The notes beneath the pieces were generated by a model that was not told where the DNA came from, did no database searches, and saw only the letters and a list, made by a program, of their open reading frames with translations. 64,000 nucleotides of DNA from a virus: positions 5,747 through 69,746 of the IMG/VR virus record IMGVR_UViG_3300044644_002048; one strand, given 5' to 3'. Both the position numbers and the translations under genes were made by a program. Below are positions 9,786-19,002 of the stretch, one piece after another. Every line of letters starts with the position of its first letter. Position 1 is the first letter of the stretch.

Positions 9786-10807
9786 ACGGTAACTTCGCCC
9801 ATATCCATCTTCTCTTGCGGATTATATCCTATTAATTCCACTTCATCGTAAGTCCAGCTAAAAATATCAAACGTCCCATCCTGTTTTCGCTTGATCTTAA
9901 CTTGTGGTAGTGCTGATTCTTCTCTTTTTACTAGCTCCCTTACTGAAGGTAAGGTGTTTTCGTATAAGTGACAATCAGATAATACACCAACTAACTCTCC
10001 CGGCTCTAGACCGCTTTCTTCACATAAAAGAAGTAGGAGCAGTGCATATGATGCAATATTTGCCGGGACTCCGTGGCTAAGATCGCAAGATCTCTGGAAC
10101 CAAGTTAAATTTAGCTTATTACCATATACAACAACGTTAAACAAAATATGGCATGGCGGCAAAGCCATTAAAAACTCTTGATTAGGATTCCATGCCGAAC
10201 ATACCATACGACGATCATATGGGGAATTATGTAGCTTCGTTACAATAGAATGAAGTTGATCTTCACCTTCCATTAGTCCATTACAATCGGAAACAAAAGT
10301 ATGCTCAAGTTCTACAACCATATCTTTATTTGTATGATCAATATAATGTTTCCCAAAGTTTCTCCACTGTGCTCCATAAATCGGCCCTAAATCTATTCCT
10401 CCCTTTTTTATTCGCTTAATCACCTCATCTGCGGCAGCTTGTGAGCCACCAATTGGAACAGCTAAAATTTTGGCAAAATCTTCTCCATTTTCTGGTCCAG
10501 TTAAATATTCTGATACTGCCTTTGGGCTGCACCATTCATCCCAGAATTTACAGTTTCTATCTTGGAACCATCTTTTGTTAGTGATTCCCTTAATAAATCC
10601 TTCAAGTTCAACCCGAATAGACTTCCAAGGCATTTTACGAAGTGTTGTCAGAGGAAAGCCCTGACTCATGTCATGACGAAAGATTTCACAGAATGTCCCT
10701 ATAGTACCATTCTCTACTGGAATAACACTACCATCAGGAGCGTATCGTGTAGCTTGTTTTGGTTTTCCGTTAATGAGTACGTTTTTTACTATTTCTAAAT
10801 AGTTCAT
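9782..10807 (-). CDS. thyA: Thymidylate synthase
   Basis: GFPLTT, LGPIYGAQWR, RRM, AWNP, ALPPCH, QRSCD, PANIASY, DCHLYEN. Confidence 0.95.
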   Translation of the reverse strand: MNYLEIVKNVLINGKPKQATRYAPDGSVIPVENGTIGTFCEIFRHDMSQGFPLTTLRKMPWKSIRVELEGFIKGITNKRWFQDRNCKFWDEWCSPKAVSEYLTGPENGEDFAKILAVPIGGSQAAADEVIKRIKKGGIDLGPIYGAQWRNFGKHYIDHTNKDMVVELEHTFVSDCNGLMEGEDQLHSIVTKLHNSPYDRRMVCSAWNPNQEFLMALPPCHILFNVVVYGNKLNLTWFQRSCDLSHGVPANIASYALLLLLLCEESGLEPGELVGVLSDCHLYENTLPSVRELVKREESALPQVKIKRKQDGTFDIFSWTYDEVELIGYNPQEKMDMGEVTV

Positions 10808-10960
10808 TTGCTTACCTTAAAATAACTGGTCCAACTAATACCTAATCTTCCAAATAGCAATATTGTACTCGTCTTTACTGTCTTTTCACTTAATGAAGTC
10901 CATACTACTAATAGACCCAGCAAAGAAAATCCGTAGTACTCTATATGACTTTCAGTCATC

Positions 10961-11506
10961 TTATTGACCTAAAAAGTTAATCACGGTATCATAAGAGACC
11001 GTGTCTGTAGAAGATGGCCCACCACCAAACTGTATTCCGGTGACTACGTCACCGAAGAAGACGGGAGACCCAGACATTCCTGAAGTAGCTTCGCACGAAT
11101 ACCCAATAATCGGGTAACCGTCGACAGTACCATTATACAAAAATCCGCCGTTTCTTTCAACGCGATTCCCACCGATGTAGCCAATAATCTTGGCCGATTT
11201 TCCCTCTTTTGAGAGTTTGTGTCTTTTTATTTTTACGTATGTGGGTACTGCACATTCGTACAAAGCAATATCGGCAATCTTATTTTGCTTCGCGAGTTTA
11301 ATCTTGACCCCGATTATTTCAGTATCATTTTCAAAATAAGCTACACATTTTTGTTCGTCTGGATGTGCTACAGTTAAAACACCCTGCTCTATTAATACTC
11401 CGGACCACTGTTTATCATTAGTGGCAATTCGGCATATTCCATCAAATTCTTGAGCTACTACATGACTTGATAGTAGACTAAAAATCAATATTAAGACATT
11501 TTTCAT
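10961..11506 (-). CDS. Secreted trypsin-like serine protease
   Basis: Signal peptide; LTVAH, ADIAL, GMSGSP catalytic triad motifs. Confidence 0.8.
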   Translation of the reverse strand: MKNVLILIFSLLSSHVVAQEFDGICRIATNDKQWSGVLIEQGVLTVAHPDEQKCVAYFENDTEIIGVKIKLAKQNKIADIALYECAVPTYVKIKRHKLSKEGKSAKIIGYIGGNRVERNGGFLYNGTVDGYPIIGYSCEATSGMSGSPVFFGDVVTGIQFGGGPSSTDTVSYDTVINFLGQ

Positions 11507-11934
11507 TTTGCATTTACACTCCTAGCGTTTTCGACCGCGACTTTAAGCGTATCTCCAGAAACAGTAATTCCCAGATCCTTAAGTGTCTTTGATAAAAGAC
11601 CTATTGCTTTACCTACAGACTTACATTCAACTAATTCAGGCGTTAGCCTGTCTACATGGATTTGAATTTCTTCTAGTGTAGATTCAGAAGGCACATAGCT
11701 ACGTAGTAGCTCGATTTCCCTTCTCAGTTTCTGTGACTCACCACCTAGTTTTAGGGTCTCAGTATTGGCTTCAATAATCTTCCGGCAGATCTTGACTACT
11801 GTCTCATTAGATGGGTTGGTTTCGGCTCTTTCAGAGTCCGAAACAACTAGTCTCAGCACATCTTTGGCGACCTGATTGCTGGCTTTTAAAGCCAGCAGTA
11901 TGTCGCCCCTAATTCGTTCTAGTAACTGGCCCAT
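11503..11934 (-). CDS. GatB/YqeY domain protein
   Basis: IRGDILLALKA...DVLRLV...EIELLRSYVP...VGKAIG. Confidence 0.75.
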   Translation of the reverse strand: MGQLLERIRGDILLALKASNQVAKDVLRLVVSDSERAETNPSNETVVKICRKIIEANTETLKLGGESQKLRREIELLRSYVPSESTLEEIQIHVDRLTPELVECKSVGKAIGLLSKTLKDLGITVSGDTLKVAVENARSVNAK

Positions 11935-12398
11935 AAATTTTCTCCTATCCATTTTTCTAGAGTAAAATTGTCGAACTTTATCTCGCTAGCCTTTTTCCAT
12001 CCAGAAGGAATCGTGAAGAATTTATCACAATCATACAGACCCTTAATTCTAGAAATGTATATTTGATCTAATTCTATGGAGGATAATGCTGCCTTATAGA
12101 TTTCTTCTCCACCTATGATCCAATCAGCTTCGGATAATGCGGCATCCAGAGTGAAGAATCCAAACTCCCTGTGTCCATTAGCTGTATCACTCCAAAGAAG
12201 CGACTCATTTCTTGTAATTACCATATTATATCTATCGGTAAGTGGCCTTCTTATTGAAGACCACGTATTCATACCCATAGCAACTTTGTCACCAATTGTA
12301 AGTAGTTTAAACATCTGCTGGTCTTCTTTACAGACCCAAGGAATTTTGCCATTTTTTGCAATTCCACCAGCTTCATCAACAGCTACGATAAGTTTCAT
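11919..12398 (-). CDS. folA: Dihydrofolate reductase
   Basis: LIVAVDEAGGIAKNGKIPW, ED, MGMNTW, RPLTDRYN, IIGGEEIY, CDKFF. Confidence 0.92.
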   Translation of the reverse strand: MKLIVAVDEAGGIAKNGKIPWVCKEDQQMFKLLTIGDKVAMGMNTWSSIRRPLTDRYNMVITRNESLLWSDTANGHREFGFFTLDAALSEADWIIGGEEIYKAALSSIELDQIYISRIKGLYDCDKFFTIPSGWKKASEIKFDNFTLEKWIGENLWASY

Positions 12399-13050
12399 CT
12401 AGTATCATTACCTCCAGTTCAGCAAGACACACAAATCTAGTACCATCTATTACTTTATCGAAACTTTTATGATGATGACCAAAGACCCATAATTTTGGCC
12501 TATGTTCTTTTAAGCATTCATCACCTAACAAACTCGTGTTTTCCATAAATCCATCAGCAAAACCATATTTGCCTAATATTGAGTTTTCTCGATGTATATG
12601 ATTTATTACACAGGCTGGTGGAACATGGCTTAAAACTATATCTTGTTTACTATTCGAGTAATCGTCTAAACATATTCTCATTTCTGGAAATGTTAATTCT
12701 TCATTAGAGAACCAAGTTCTAGAAGATCCGGATAACCATTCCCCAACCCTATATGTTTTGTCTATAGACAGACCACCCCTAATAAAGAAAAAGGGTATAT
12801 TATTGAGTTGAGATGTCCCAAAATTGCCAAGAGAATACTGGGAATTTAAGCACATTGGGTATTGATCATGGTTACCACATATGATTTTATGTTTATTGTG
12901 GTCTAATCCGCTATATCCTAGATTATTCCAAGCTTAAGAAAATCCGAAATCTCCTAGTTGGATGGAATACTCAGAATTTTTGGCTATGTGTATATAATGG
13001 TCAAATTTACCATGTGTGTCACCAATCAGAGTAATTTCATATTGGCCCAT
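12376..13050 (-). pseudogene. Calcineurin-like metallophosphoesterase interrupted by an in-frame TAA
   Basis: One frame from ATG 13050: IGDTHG...QLGDFGFS*AWNN...ICGNHD...SHVPP...WVFGHHH; stop at 12934-12936. Confidence 0.75.
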
Positions 13051-13621
13051 ATGTGTCCCTATACCATTCAACCGGATCATGCCCAGTTTTTTTGTTTAAG
13101 ATTTCGTAAATCTGATTTTCATCAAAGATTCCAAAATCGCCAAAATGTCTCTTATAAGATTCAGGACAAACATCTAGGCTTTTTATGTTGCGTAGATATG
13201 GTATCTCGTTCCAAAAATCAGTTCTGGAATCGTGTACGTGCCCATAAAGATGAAAAGAGCCATAATGTGAGGAAGGCCAGATAAGATGGGGATAATGGGA
13301 TAAGAAAGTTTTTACCCCAGACATCTTGATTTCCAAAGTGTCGTATACTTTATCTTTACCGAAGGCCAATCGGCATTGTTCAAGCGATGGGCAATGATTA
13401 CCCTTTATTAAAATTACATTCTTAAGATTGATCTTAGATCGCCAATTATTTGGCTTAAATGCAAAATCGCCAAGAATATATAGAGTGTCACCCCTACTTG
13501 TTCTTTTATTGATTTCCCCAATGATCATTTCTTGCCATTGTGGAAGCAAAAAACCACGACGACCCGGAAACTTCACGGATCGTTCGTGGTCTAAGTGTAA
13601 ATCAGCAGTGAAAAATTTCAC
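13037..13621 (-). CDS. Calcineurin-like metallophosphoesterase
   Basis: FTADLHLDH, LGDF, KGNH, LSHYP, HLYGHVH. Confidence 0.9.
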   Translation of the reverse strand: MKFFTADLHLDHERSVKFPGRRGFLLPQWQEMIIGEINKRTSRGDTLYILGDFAFKPNNWRSKINLKNVILIKGNHCPSLEQCRLAFGKDKVYDTLEIKMSGVKTFLSHYPHLIWPSSHYGSFHLYGHVHDSRTDFWNEIPYLRNIKSLDVCPESYKRHFGDFGIFDENQIYEILNKKTGHDPVEWYRDTYGPI

Positions 13622-14052
13622 TTCTTCTTCTTCTTTCCGACTACGTATTTGGTCTTATTAAGAATTGCCCATTTAATGGTTCTGTGGTCAACCTGTCGTA
13701 GTCTATGACCATCGAGGATTTCGAGATCCTCAAAGTAAGATCTTCCCAGAAGAGGTTCTGTAGATAGGAGCCTACCGATCAGAACCCTTTCTCCACCTTC
13801 CTGCTTATCGAAACAAACAGTCATTGGAGTATTAAAACTTGTAGAAACAATAGTTGCAGCTTCTGTGAGTGTAACTTTTTCTTCTTTATCGGTTAATGCT
13901 GCAGACTTCAGAGCTTCAACTATAGGCTTTCCACGAATAGAAAACTCACTCTTATCGTCTACATCCTTTACGTCAACGTCTCCGTTAGTTTTAACATCTA
14001 CTACGTGAGCGTAGCGAACGATAGCAACCAAATCGCCCTTACTATGTCCCAT
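13618..14052 (-). CDS. Hypothetical protein
   Basis: ORF within the operon; LRQVDHRTIKW. Confidence 0.65.
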   Translation of the reverse strand: MGHSKGDLVAIVRYAHVVDVKTNGDVDVKDVDDKSEFSIRGKPIVEALKSAALTDKEEKVTLTEAATIVSTSFNTPMTVCFDKQEGGERVLIGRLLSTEPLLGRSYFEDLEILDGHRLRQVDHRTIKWAILNKTKYVVGKKKKK

Positions 14053-14743
14053 AAATTTCCTCGAACCCTAAAGAGACTAACTTATTTACCAAGTCCACTT
14101 TAGACATTGGTTCCAATGATTCAAAACAACTTTCCATTATTTCCTGAAAACCATATTTTGTCATATCGATTTCTACACATTCGTCAATATACTTATGTTT
14201 GTTCCAGAAAGACTTTTCAACAATATAAAATTGTGTGAATCCCTTCTTATCGAATAGTCCATCTTCTGCCAACATGAAATAATATGGCTTTTTATTTATG
14301 TCTTCAAGACACGAAGCTATATCTGCTGGAGAGTAAGATGGGCCTTTCACCCATTTTCCGTCATCGCGGCGATATCCGTCGATGAACTTACTCATGTTGC
14401 TTCTATCGACTTCTTCTAAAACTTTGCCAAAGTTGAAGCCGCACAATGCCGCAACACCACCACAACCTACCCAAAATATATCAGCAGCAGCATCTGCGAC
14501 ACCGATCATATCAAAGTTTTTCGAGGAGTCAATGGAAAAACCCAAAGATTCTTCAGTTAACTTCTGCCCATTCGCAACAACTTCGACCCCAAGAGCGTCA
14601 CAAAGCTCTAGGGCTTCTTCCAGAACTAATTTGGCTCTTAGTACCATTTCAGATTCTGAAGGAATCGTGATCGAATCTGGGGCGTTCTGTCCAGCACTCT
14701 TACTGAACTCTCTGATAATATCTACGTGTTCTGATATATCCAT
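14042..14743 (-). CDS. MazG-like (PRA-PH type) nucleotide pyrophosphohydrolase with an extra C-terminal domain
   Basis: LVLEEALEL, VADAAADIFWV, EVDRSNMSK, DGKWVKGPSY. Confidence 0.85.
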   Translation of the reverse strand: MDISEHVDIIREFSKSAGQNAPDSITIPSESEMVLRAKLVLEEALELCDALGVEVVANGQKLTEESLGFSIDSSKNFDMIGVADAAADIFWVGCGGVAALCGFNFGKVLEEVDRSNMSKFIDGYRRDDGKWVKGPSYSPADIASCLEDINKKPYYFMLAEDGLFDKKGFTQFYIVEKSFWNKHKYIDECVEIDMTKYGFQEIMESCFESLEPMSKVDLVNKLVSLGFEEIYGT

Positions 14744-14777
14744 TAATTATCTCCAAAAAGGAATTGGTTCAACACAT

Positions 14778-14806
14778 AGTATATAAACAGAAAAATCGTG
14801 TGTCAA
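14778..14806 (-). promoter_or_regulatory. Sigma70-type promoter for the nucleotide-metabolism operon
   Basis: TTGACA (14806-14801), 17-nt spacer, TATACT (14783-14778); GGAG SD before ATG 14743. Confidence 0.85.
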
Positions 14807-14807
14807 T

Positions 14808-14830
14808 AAAAAAGGCGGCAAATTGCCGCC
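14808..14830 (-). terminator. Rho-independent terminator
   Basis: GGCGGCA-ATT-TGCCGCC followed by TTTTTT on the minus strand. Confidence 0.85.
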
Positions 14831-14858
14831 CGGAATGGAAAAGATTTTGAGTTTATTT

Positions 14859-15368
14859 CTATGTTAGATTGCCGAGAACCGAATAAGAATAGCTCGCTCC
14901 AGATCCAGATACATCAAATAGCTGTATGTTTTTTTGGCTTGCACTTACTACGGTTTTCCATGGGTCTATATAGACATGAGAACCATATGGCCTAATAATT
15001 AGATTACCGCTTCCACCATTAAACATATTAGTGAAGGCATTAGAGCCAGTAGCCATAACCCTTATATTTCTGCCTGATTCAGTAGACAGGTTAGATATAA
15101 TAATTGCTTTTACACCAGATAGTGATACTGTTGAACTGTAATTCAAGTACGTTTTTGTCAAGCTATTAAGATTAATATTTAGGCTTCCGCCAGATGGTAG
15201 AACTCCTGTATTTTGAATAGCGGCATCTATTTCTAGAGTTCCACTCCCATATGTAAAATCTGCTACAGAAGATGTAGTAGATATATCTGACACCAGAAGT
15301 CCGTTAGAATTGGTATCTGAAAAGTTAAAATAAACTGAATTTTCAGCCTTTGCTACTACTGTTGTCAC
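14859..15368 (-). CDS. Ser/Thr/Asn/Gly-rich protein, possibly virion structural
   Basis: Composition only: beta-rich, low charge. Confidence 0.5.
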   Translation of the reverse strand: MTTVVAKAENSVYFNFSDTNSNGLLVSDISTTSSVADFTYGSGTLEIDAAIQNTGVLPSGGSLNINLNSLTKTYLNYSSTVSLSGVKAIIISNLSTESGRNIRVMATGSNAFTNMFNGGSGNLIIRPYGSHVYIDPWKTVVSASQKNIQLFDVSGSGASYSYSVLGNLT

Positions 15369-15648
15369 GAGACACCTCTATATCTGGAAGATTTTCTATA
15401 TCTATTTTGTAAGAAGTTGGTGTAATCGTAATCGAATTTAGTGTTGGAGAAAACCAATTTATAAAACGATAAGACCCAATCTTTTTAACAACTATCTTAT
15501 TTTCACTATCGAACTTTATAACTAACCCACGATCATAATGTAATGAAAAACTAACTTCTCCATTACAATGCAATTCTACACCATCATATATAGTACATAC
15601 TTTATCTTTTACTAGTTTTTCTATTAGTGCTAGATAATTTATCTCCAT
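15343..15648 (-). CDS. Hypothetical protein
   Basis: ORF overlapping both neighbours. Confidence 0.6.
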   Translation of the reverse strand: MEINYLALIEKLVKDKVCTIYDGVELHCNGEVSFSLHYDRGLVIKFDSENKIVVKKIGSYRFINWFSPTLNSITITPTSYKIDIENLPDIEVSRDNSSSKG

Positions 15649-15818
15649 CTATGATCCCTTTCGTGAAGATTGTTCAGCTGATCATCAGATAGATTATTTA
15701 GTGTTGACAAACTATGTTTACCCCTATGAATCCCATCAAGAAGAAGGTGCTTTATCAAAGTGTCACGAGATTCGTGTGAAGTTCCAATTCGTCCAAATAA
15801 ATTTGGATTTCTTGCTAC
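15639..15818 (-). CDS. 59-aa extension of 15815..16453 in the -1 frame
   Basis: Start-less open frame VARNPNLFGRIG...LHERDHRWR* beginning right after A_AAA_AAG and ending over the next ATG. Confidence 0.65.
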   Translation of the reverse strand, partial: VARNPNLFGRIGTSHESRDTLIKHLLLDGIHRGKHSLSTLNNLSDDQLNNLHERDHRWR

Positions 15819-16453
15819 TTTTTTTTTGGGGTCTGTGCGAAAGCGATAAAATCGCTATATGACATATAACCTACTGCCATTTTCTTTGAACCATCTTTAC
15901 TTAGGAAGTAAAATGTTGGTATGCTAGAATAAGGTAATTTAAGGTTTTCTATTTCTGCTATAGAGTCGGGTTCGCTTAAATCCAATACTTGAACATTAGC
16001 ATCTCTAGTATTAGAAACAACCCACCCAGACTTCTTGTGAGATTCGTCAGTCAGCTTCTTAAGAACATCCCTTTCTATATTTCTGCATGGAAGACAAGAT
16101 TTAACATGTGTTATTAAAACAACCCTTGGGAATTTTTCTGTGACTTCAGAAGCCCCTTTATTACTGTGTACACATCCACAATTGTTAGTCCCATTAGAAC
16201 ATTCACAATCAGTTAGAGATGTACCACCATCATATGAAATTTTCCCAGTTCTTTTATTACATTTACATTCTTGTTTAGGCTCAGGTTCAGGTTCAGGCTC
16301 TGGTTTAGATGATGTTGGAATATAAGTCATTAGACCCGCATAGGCAACAGCTTCTAAATCCTCATCAAATAAATCTAAATTCTTTTTTACCTGATCTGGT
16401 AGCAACATTATCAATATAGCTATAATTACAATTATGTTTCTCATTTTTACCAA
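15815..16453 (-). CDS. Membrane-anchored protein with a PE linker, Cys-rich segment and thioredoxin-like CxxC domain
   Basis: N-terminal TM, PEPEPEPEP, CKC/CEC/CGC, SCLPCR, SIPTFYF. Confidence 0.7.
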   Translation of the reverse strand: MVKMRNIIVIIAILIMLLPDQVKKNLDLFDEDLEAVAYAGLMTYIPTSSKPEPEPEPEPKQECKCNKRTGKISYDGGTSLTDCECSNGTNNCGCVHSNKGASEVTEKFPRVVLITHVKSCLPCRNIERDVLKKLTDESHKKSGWVVSNTRDANVQVLDLSEPDSIAEIENLKLPYSSIPTFYFLSKDGSKKMAVGYMSYSDFIAFAQTPKKK

Positions 16454-17334
16454 CTTATTGTTGAATCTATAGGTCGTTTAAATCCTTGAAACCCACTAAT
16501 AGACCAAGCGTCCCCATTCCTCATATGCTCATCTACTTTTTCAGCGTCAACCCAAAAAGTGCCATCTGGTTGATTAAGTTTACGCTTACGTATCTTTAGC
16601 CATCGACGACCCCAAGAGTTAACACAAAGTGCCCCTTTTCTCTTTGAGTCATCATCCACAGCACAATAATACATGTCATGACCCCATGTCGTAGTGTGCT
16701 TACAAAATCCTTCATCATCAGTTTCTGATGAAAAACCAAGTCTAGAACCAACAGATACCGGAAAACCATTAGCGATACTATCTCTAAGTTCTTCCCAAGA
16801 TTTTACCCTAGCAATAGTTAGTACTATATTATCTTTAGAGATTTCTTCTAAGCTCTTTGGGAAACCGCTATTACTGCCCCATTTTCTGCATCTATCAGCA
16901 GAATAATTAGTAAGATCAATATTTCCATATTTCTTTTTTACAAGTGTGCCATATTGATTGACATATTGTGCAGCATATGCAGACACAGCACCATCGCCCC
17001 TTATTCTATTTTTACCGATTACTACTCTAGCACCATAGTATATCGGCTCAATAGCAGTTTCATTTACGTATAGCTCTCTCTCGCCATTAGCGATCTCTGT
17101 AGCTTTTAATACGTCTATCTGACCAGATTTTGATGCGGCTACGCAACTTCCAACTGGACCCTGATCTGTATAGCAAAATTCTTCTCCTATCTTCGTAAAG
17201 CTCTCATGAAGACAGACTATTTTACCTTTACCAGACCCTGTCAAAAAATTAGCGGCAGAACCAAAGACTCCCATCATTGCTTCTACCGCGTCGGATGCTT
17301 CTGGGTTTTCTACCCAGCCAAAATTATCTGGCAT
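16447..17334 (-). CDS. Papain-like (C1) cysteine peptidase
   Basis: DQGPVGSCVA (Gln/Cys), WGHDM (His), VNSWG (Asn), DGTFWV. Confidence 0.85.
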   Translation of the reverse strand: MPDNFGWVENPEASDAVEAMMGVFGSAANFLTGSGKGKIVCLHESFTKIGEEFCYTDQGPVGSCVAASKSGQIDVLKATEIANGERELYVNETAIEPIYYGARVVIGKNRIRGDGAVSAYAAQYVNQYGTLVKKKYGNIDLTNYSADRCRKWGSNSGFPKSLEEISKDNIVLTIARVKSWEELRDSIANGFPVSVGSRLGFSSETDDEGFCKHTTTWGHDMYYCAVDDDSKRKGALCVNSWGRRWLKIRKRKLNQPDGTFWVDAEKVDEHMRNGDAWSISGFQGFKRPIDSTISW

Positions 17335-17701
17335 TTTTAATAGCCTCTTTTAGTCCTTCGCTTATGTTATTAAGTTCGGAACTTAATTTATTCTTGTTGT
17401 CTTCTGTGAAATCCATAGCCTCAAATTCTTTCAAACTTGTTGCTTTAACAAAATTTACATTGCCTTTAGTTGGTAGATTTTTATCTCTGACAACTCGAAG
17501 CTTATCAAATACATCACCAAAGTCTTTACAACCTACAGCATCGTATTCTTTGACGTAAATATACGCTCCCTTATAGATAGAATACCATTTACGCATATCT
17601 TGTTCAGACATACCGTCTTCTTTTACTGAGTCTGTTACAACTTTCGGATCAGCAGCGTTAGAAACGACACATAAAAGTAAAAGTATACTAAGAATTCGCA
17701 T
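17324..17701 (-). CDS. Secreted hypothetical protein
   Basis: Signal peptide MRILSILLLLCVVSNA. Confidence 0.65.
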   Translation of the reverse strand: MRILSILLLLCVVSNAADPKVVTDSVKEDGMSEQDMRKWYSIYKGAYIYVKEYDAVGCKDFGDVFDKLRVVRDKNLPTKGNVNFVKATSLKEFEAMDFTEDNKNKLSSELNNISEGLKEAIKNAR

Positions 17702-17987
17702 TTTTAGCTCCAACGTGTAGATCGTAGAATTTACCGTCCACACTTTTAATTACATTGACGAGATCCTTATCCCCACACTCCACTGCTCTCTTTCTAAGAT
17801 GTCTCATAGCCGCCTGATCAGCTTCTTCTACGTCTACTTCAACTTCAACAACCTTAGATAGACCAGAAAGGCTAGGTAGAGATGGTAATTTGATCTTTGA
17901 CAAAAGTGTTTTTAGTTGTGGGAAAAATAGGCTAAGAATAATCATAGCCCCACCGATTGCATATTTATTTTGTACGAGAAAGTCCAT
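17688..17987 (-). CDS. Single-TM membrane protein
   Basis: N-terminal hydrophobic helix YAIGGAMIILSLFF. Confidence 0.6.
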   Translation of the reverse strand: MDFLVQNKYAIGGAMIILSLFFPQLKTLLSKIKLPSLPSLSGLSKVVEVEVDVEEADQAAMRHLRKRAVECGDKDLVNVIKSVDGKFYDLHVGAKNANS

Positions 17988-18231
17988 TGTCTTTTATAAA
18001 CCTCATTAAAAAGTCTGTAGAAACAGCTATAACAAGAGCAGCAAGCATAGAATGATTGCCGAACATATCTGGTTTTAAATTTCCCAAAATTTCTACTACT
18101 GTGGTTGATCCACCAACTAGTAATGCAGTTCTTACAACTTTTACAATATCGGTTGCGTTAACAGAAACTGGACCAGATGTATCTGGTAAAGTCTTAACAA
18201 TACTCGCTTTCAATTTTTCGAAGATATTCAT
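17965..18231 (-). CDS. Holin-like two-TM protein
   Basis: 88 aa, two hydrophobic segments, C-terminal RFIKDN; GGAGG SD. Confidence 0.55.
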   Translation of the reverse strand: MNIFEKLKASIVKTLPDTSGPVSVNATDIVKVVRTALLVGGSTTVVEILGNLKPDMFGNHSMLAALVIAVSTDFLMRFIKDNGLSRTK

Positions 18232-18242
18232 AAAGCCTCCAA

Positions 18243-18266
18243 TTGGGCCAGAATTAACTGGCCCAA
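18243..18266. terminator. Stem-loop, probable terminator
   Basis: TTGGGCCAG-AATTAA-CTGGCCCAA, perfect 9-bp stem just after the stop of 18281..18925. Confidence 0.6.
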
Positions 18267-18280
18267 TCTTTTAATTGATA

Positions 18281-18925
18281 CTAAGTGGTTTTGGCTGGAT
18301 AATCTCTAGCAGCTGGATTAATACCAGAAGCACCCATGAACACTAATTCGCCGGGTATGCTACGATATGTAACATAATTTGCTTCGTCATCAGCGTTAAC
18401 AGCATTATTAGTTGTTGACTTGTATGTATAATTCATGCTTGTTGGAGCAGTAGTCCAGTTAGTACGCTGTGCTGTAGCACCAGTACCAACCTTTGTAAAG
18501 CTGAAATAACCAGCACGAAACGCAGTTCCAAAACCATAGCCCTTAGACTTATTAGTTTCTGAGCTTCTAGGTCTTAGACCTTCAATACCGGGAATAGCTA
18601 GAACATTACTTGCTGAACCATTAACCTTTGTGCTATATCCATTAATGAGAAATTCTCGTTCAGGATTATACTGGAAGGTTCCACCAGTCATAGCTGTTTT
18701 AACACTGTACGCATGAGCAGCACCGCTCGCCTGAACAACAACAACTCTACGATTTCCACCCTTATAAGTGTTGTCATAGATCGGCATTGTAGCAGTCAAA
18801 GGATTACCAGTAGTAACCTGAGTCGCACTTGTGATGCCCATTGCAGCACCACCAATCTGTTCTGTTGGACTAACGTTGTGAACACCATTTGTGCCTACAA
18901 CATATCCGGTTGGTAACATCGCCAT
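18281..18925 (-). CDS. Putative virion structural protein
   Basis: Thr/Ala/Gly/Asn-rich; own upstream motif and downstream hairpin. Confidence 0.5.
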   Translation of the reverse strand: MAMLPTGYVVGTNGVHNVSPTEQIGGAAMGITSATQVTTGNPLTATMPIYDNTYKGGNRRVVVVQASGAAHAYSVKTAMTGGTFQYNPEREFLINGYSTKVNGSASNVLAIPGIEGLRPRSSETNKSKGYGFGTAFRAGYFSFTKVGTGATAQRTNWTTAPTSMNYTYKSTTNNAVNADDEANYVTYRSIPGELVFMGASGINPAARDYPAKTT

Positions 18926-19002
18926 TTTAATATCTCCACATTGTGTGGCTTATCCAAGTTTCCAAATATAAATTTCCCGTGTTTTCCTATATTATTATAC
19001 GT

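Noticed and set aside
9782-10807. ThyA as a dCMP hydroxymethylase for DNA hypermodification
   Set aside because: The specificity position is Asn (PANIASY), as in dUMP-specific ThyA, and DHFR is nearby.
11934-11952. Twin-arginine-like MDRRKF at the start of the YqeY ORF
   Set aside because: No hydrophobic region follows. It overlaps DHFR, and the likely start is the downstream Met.
16277-16303. Tandem 6-bp repeat (GGTTCA/GGCTCA)
   Set aside because: It simply encodes the Pro-Glu linker of the protein.
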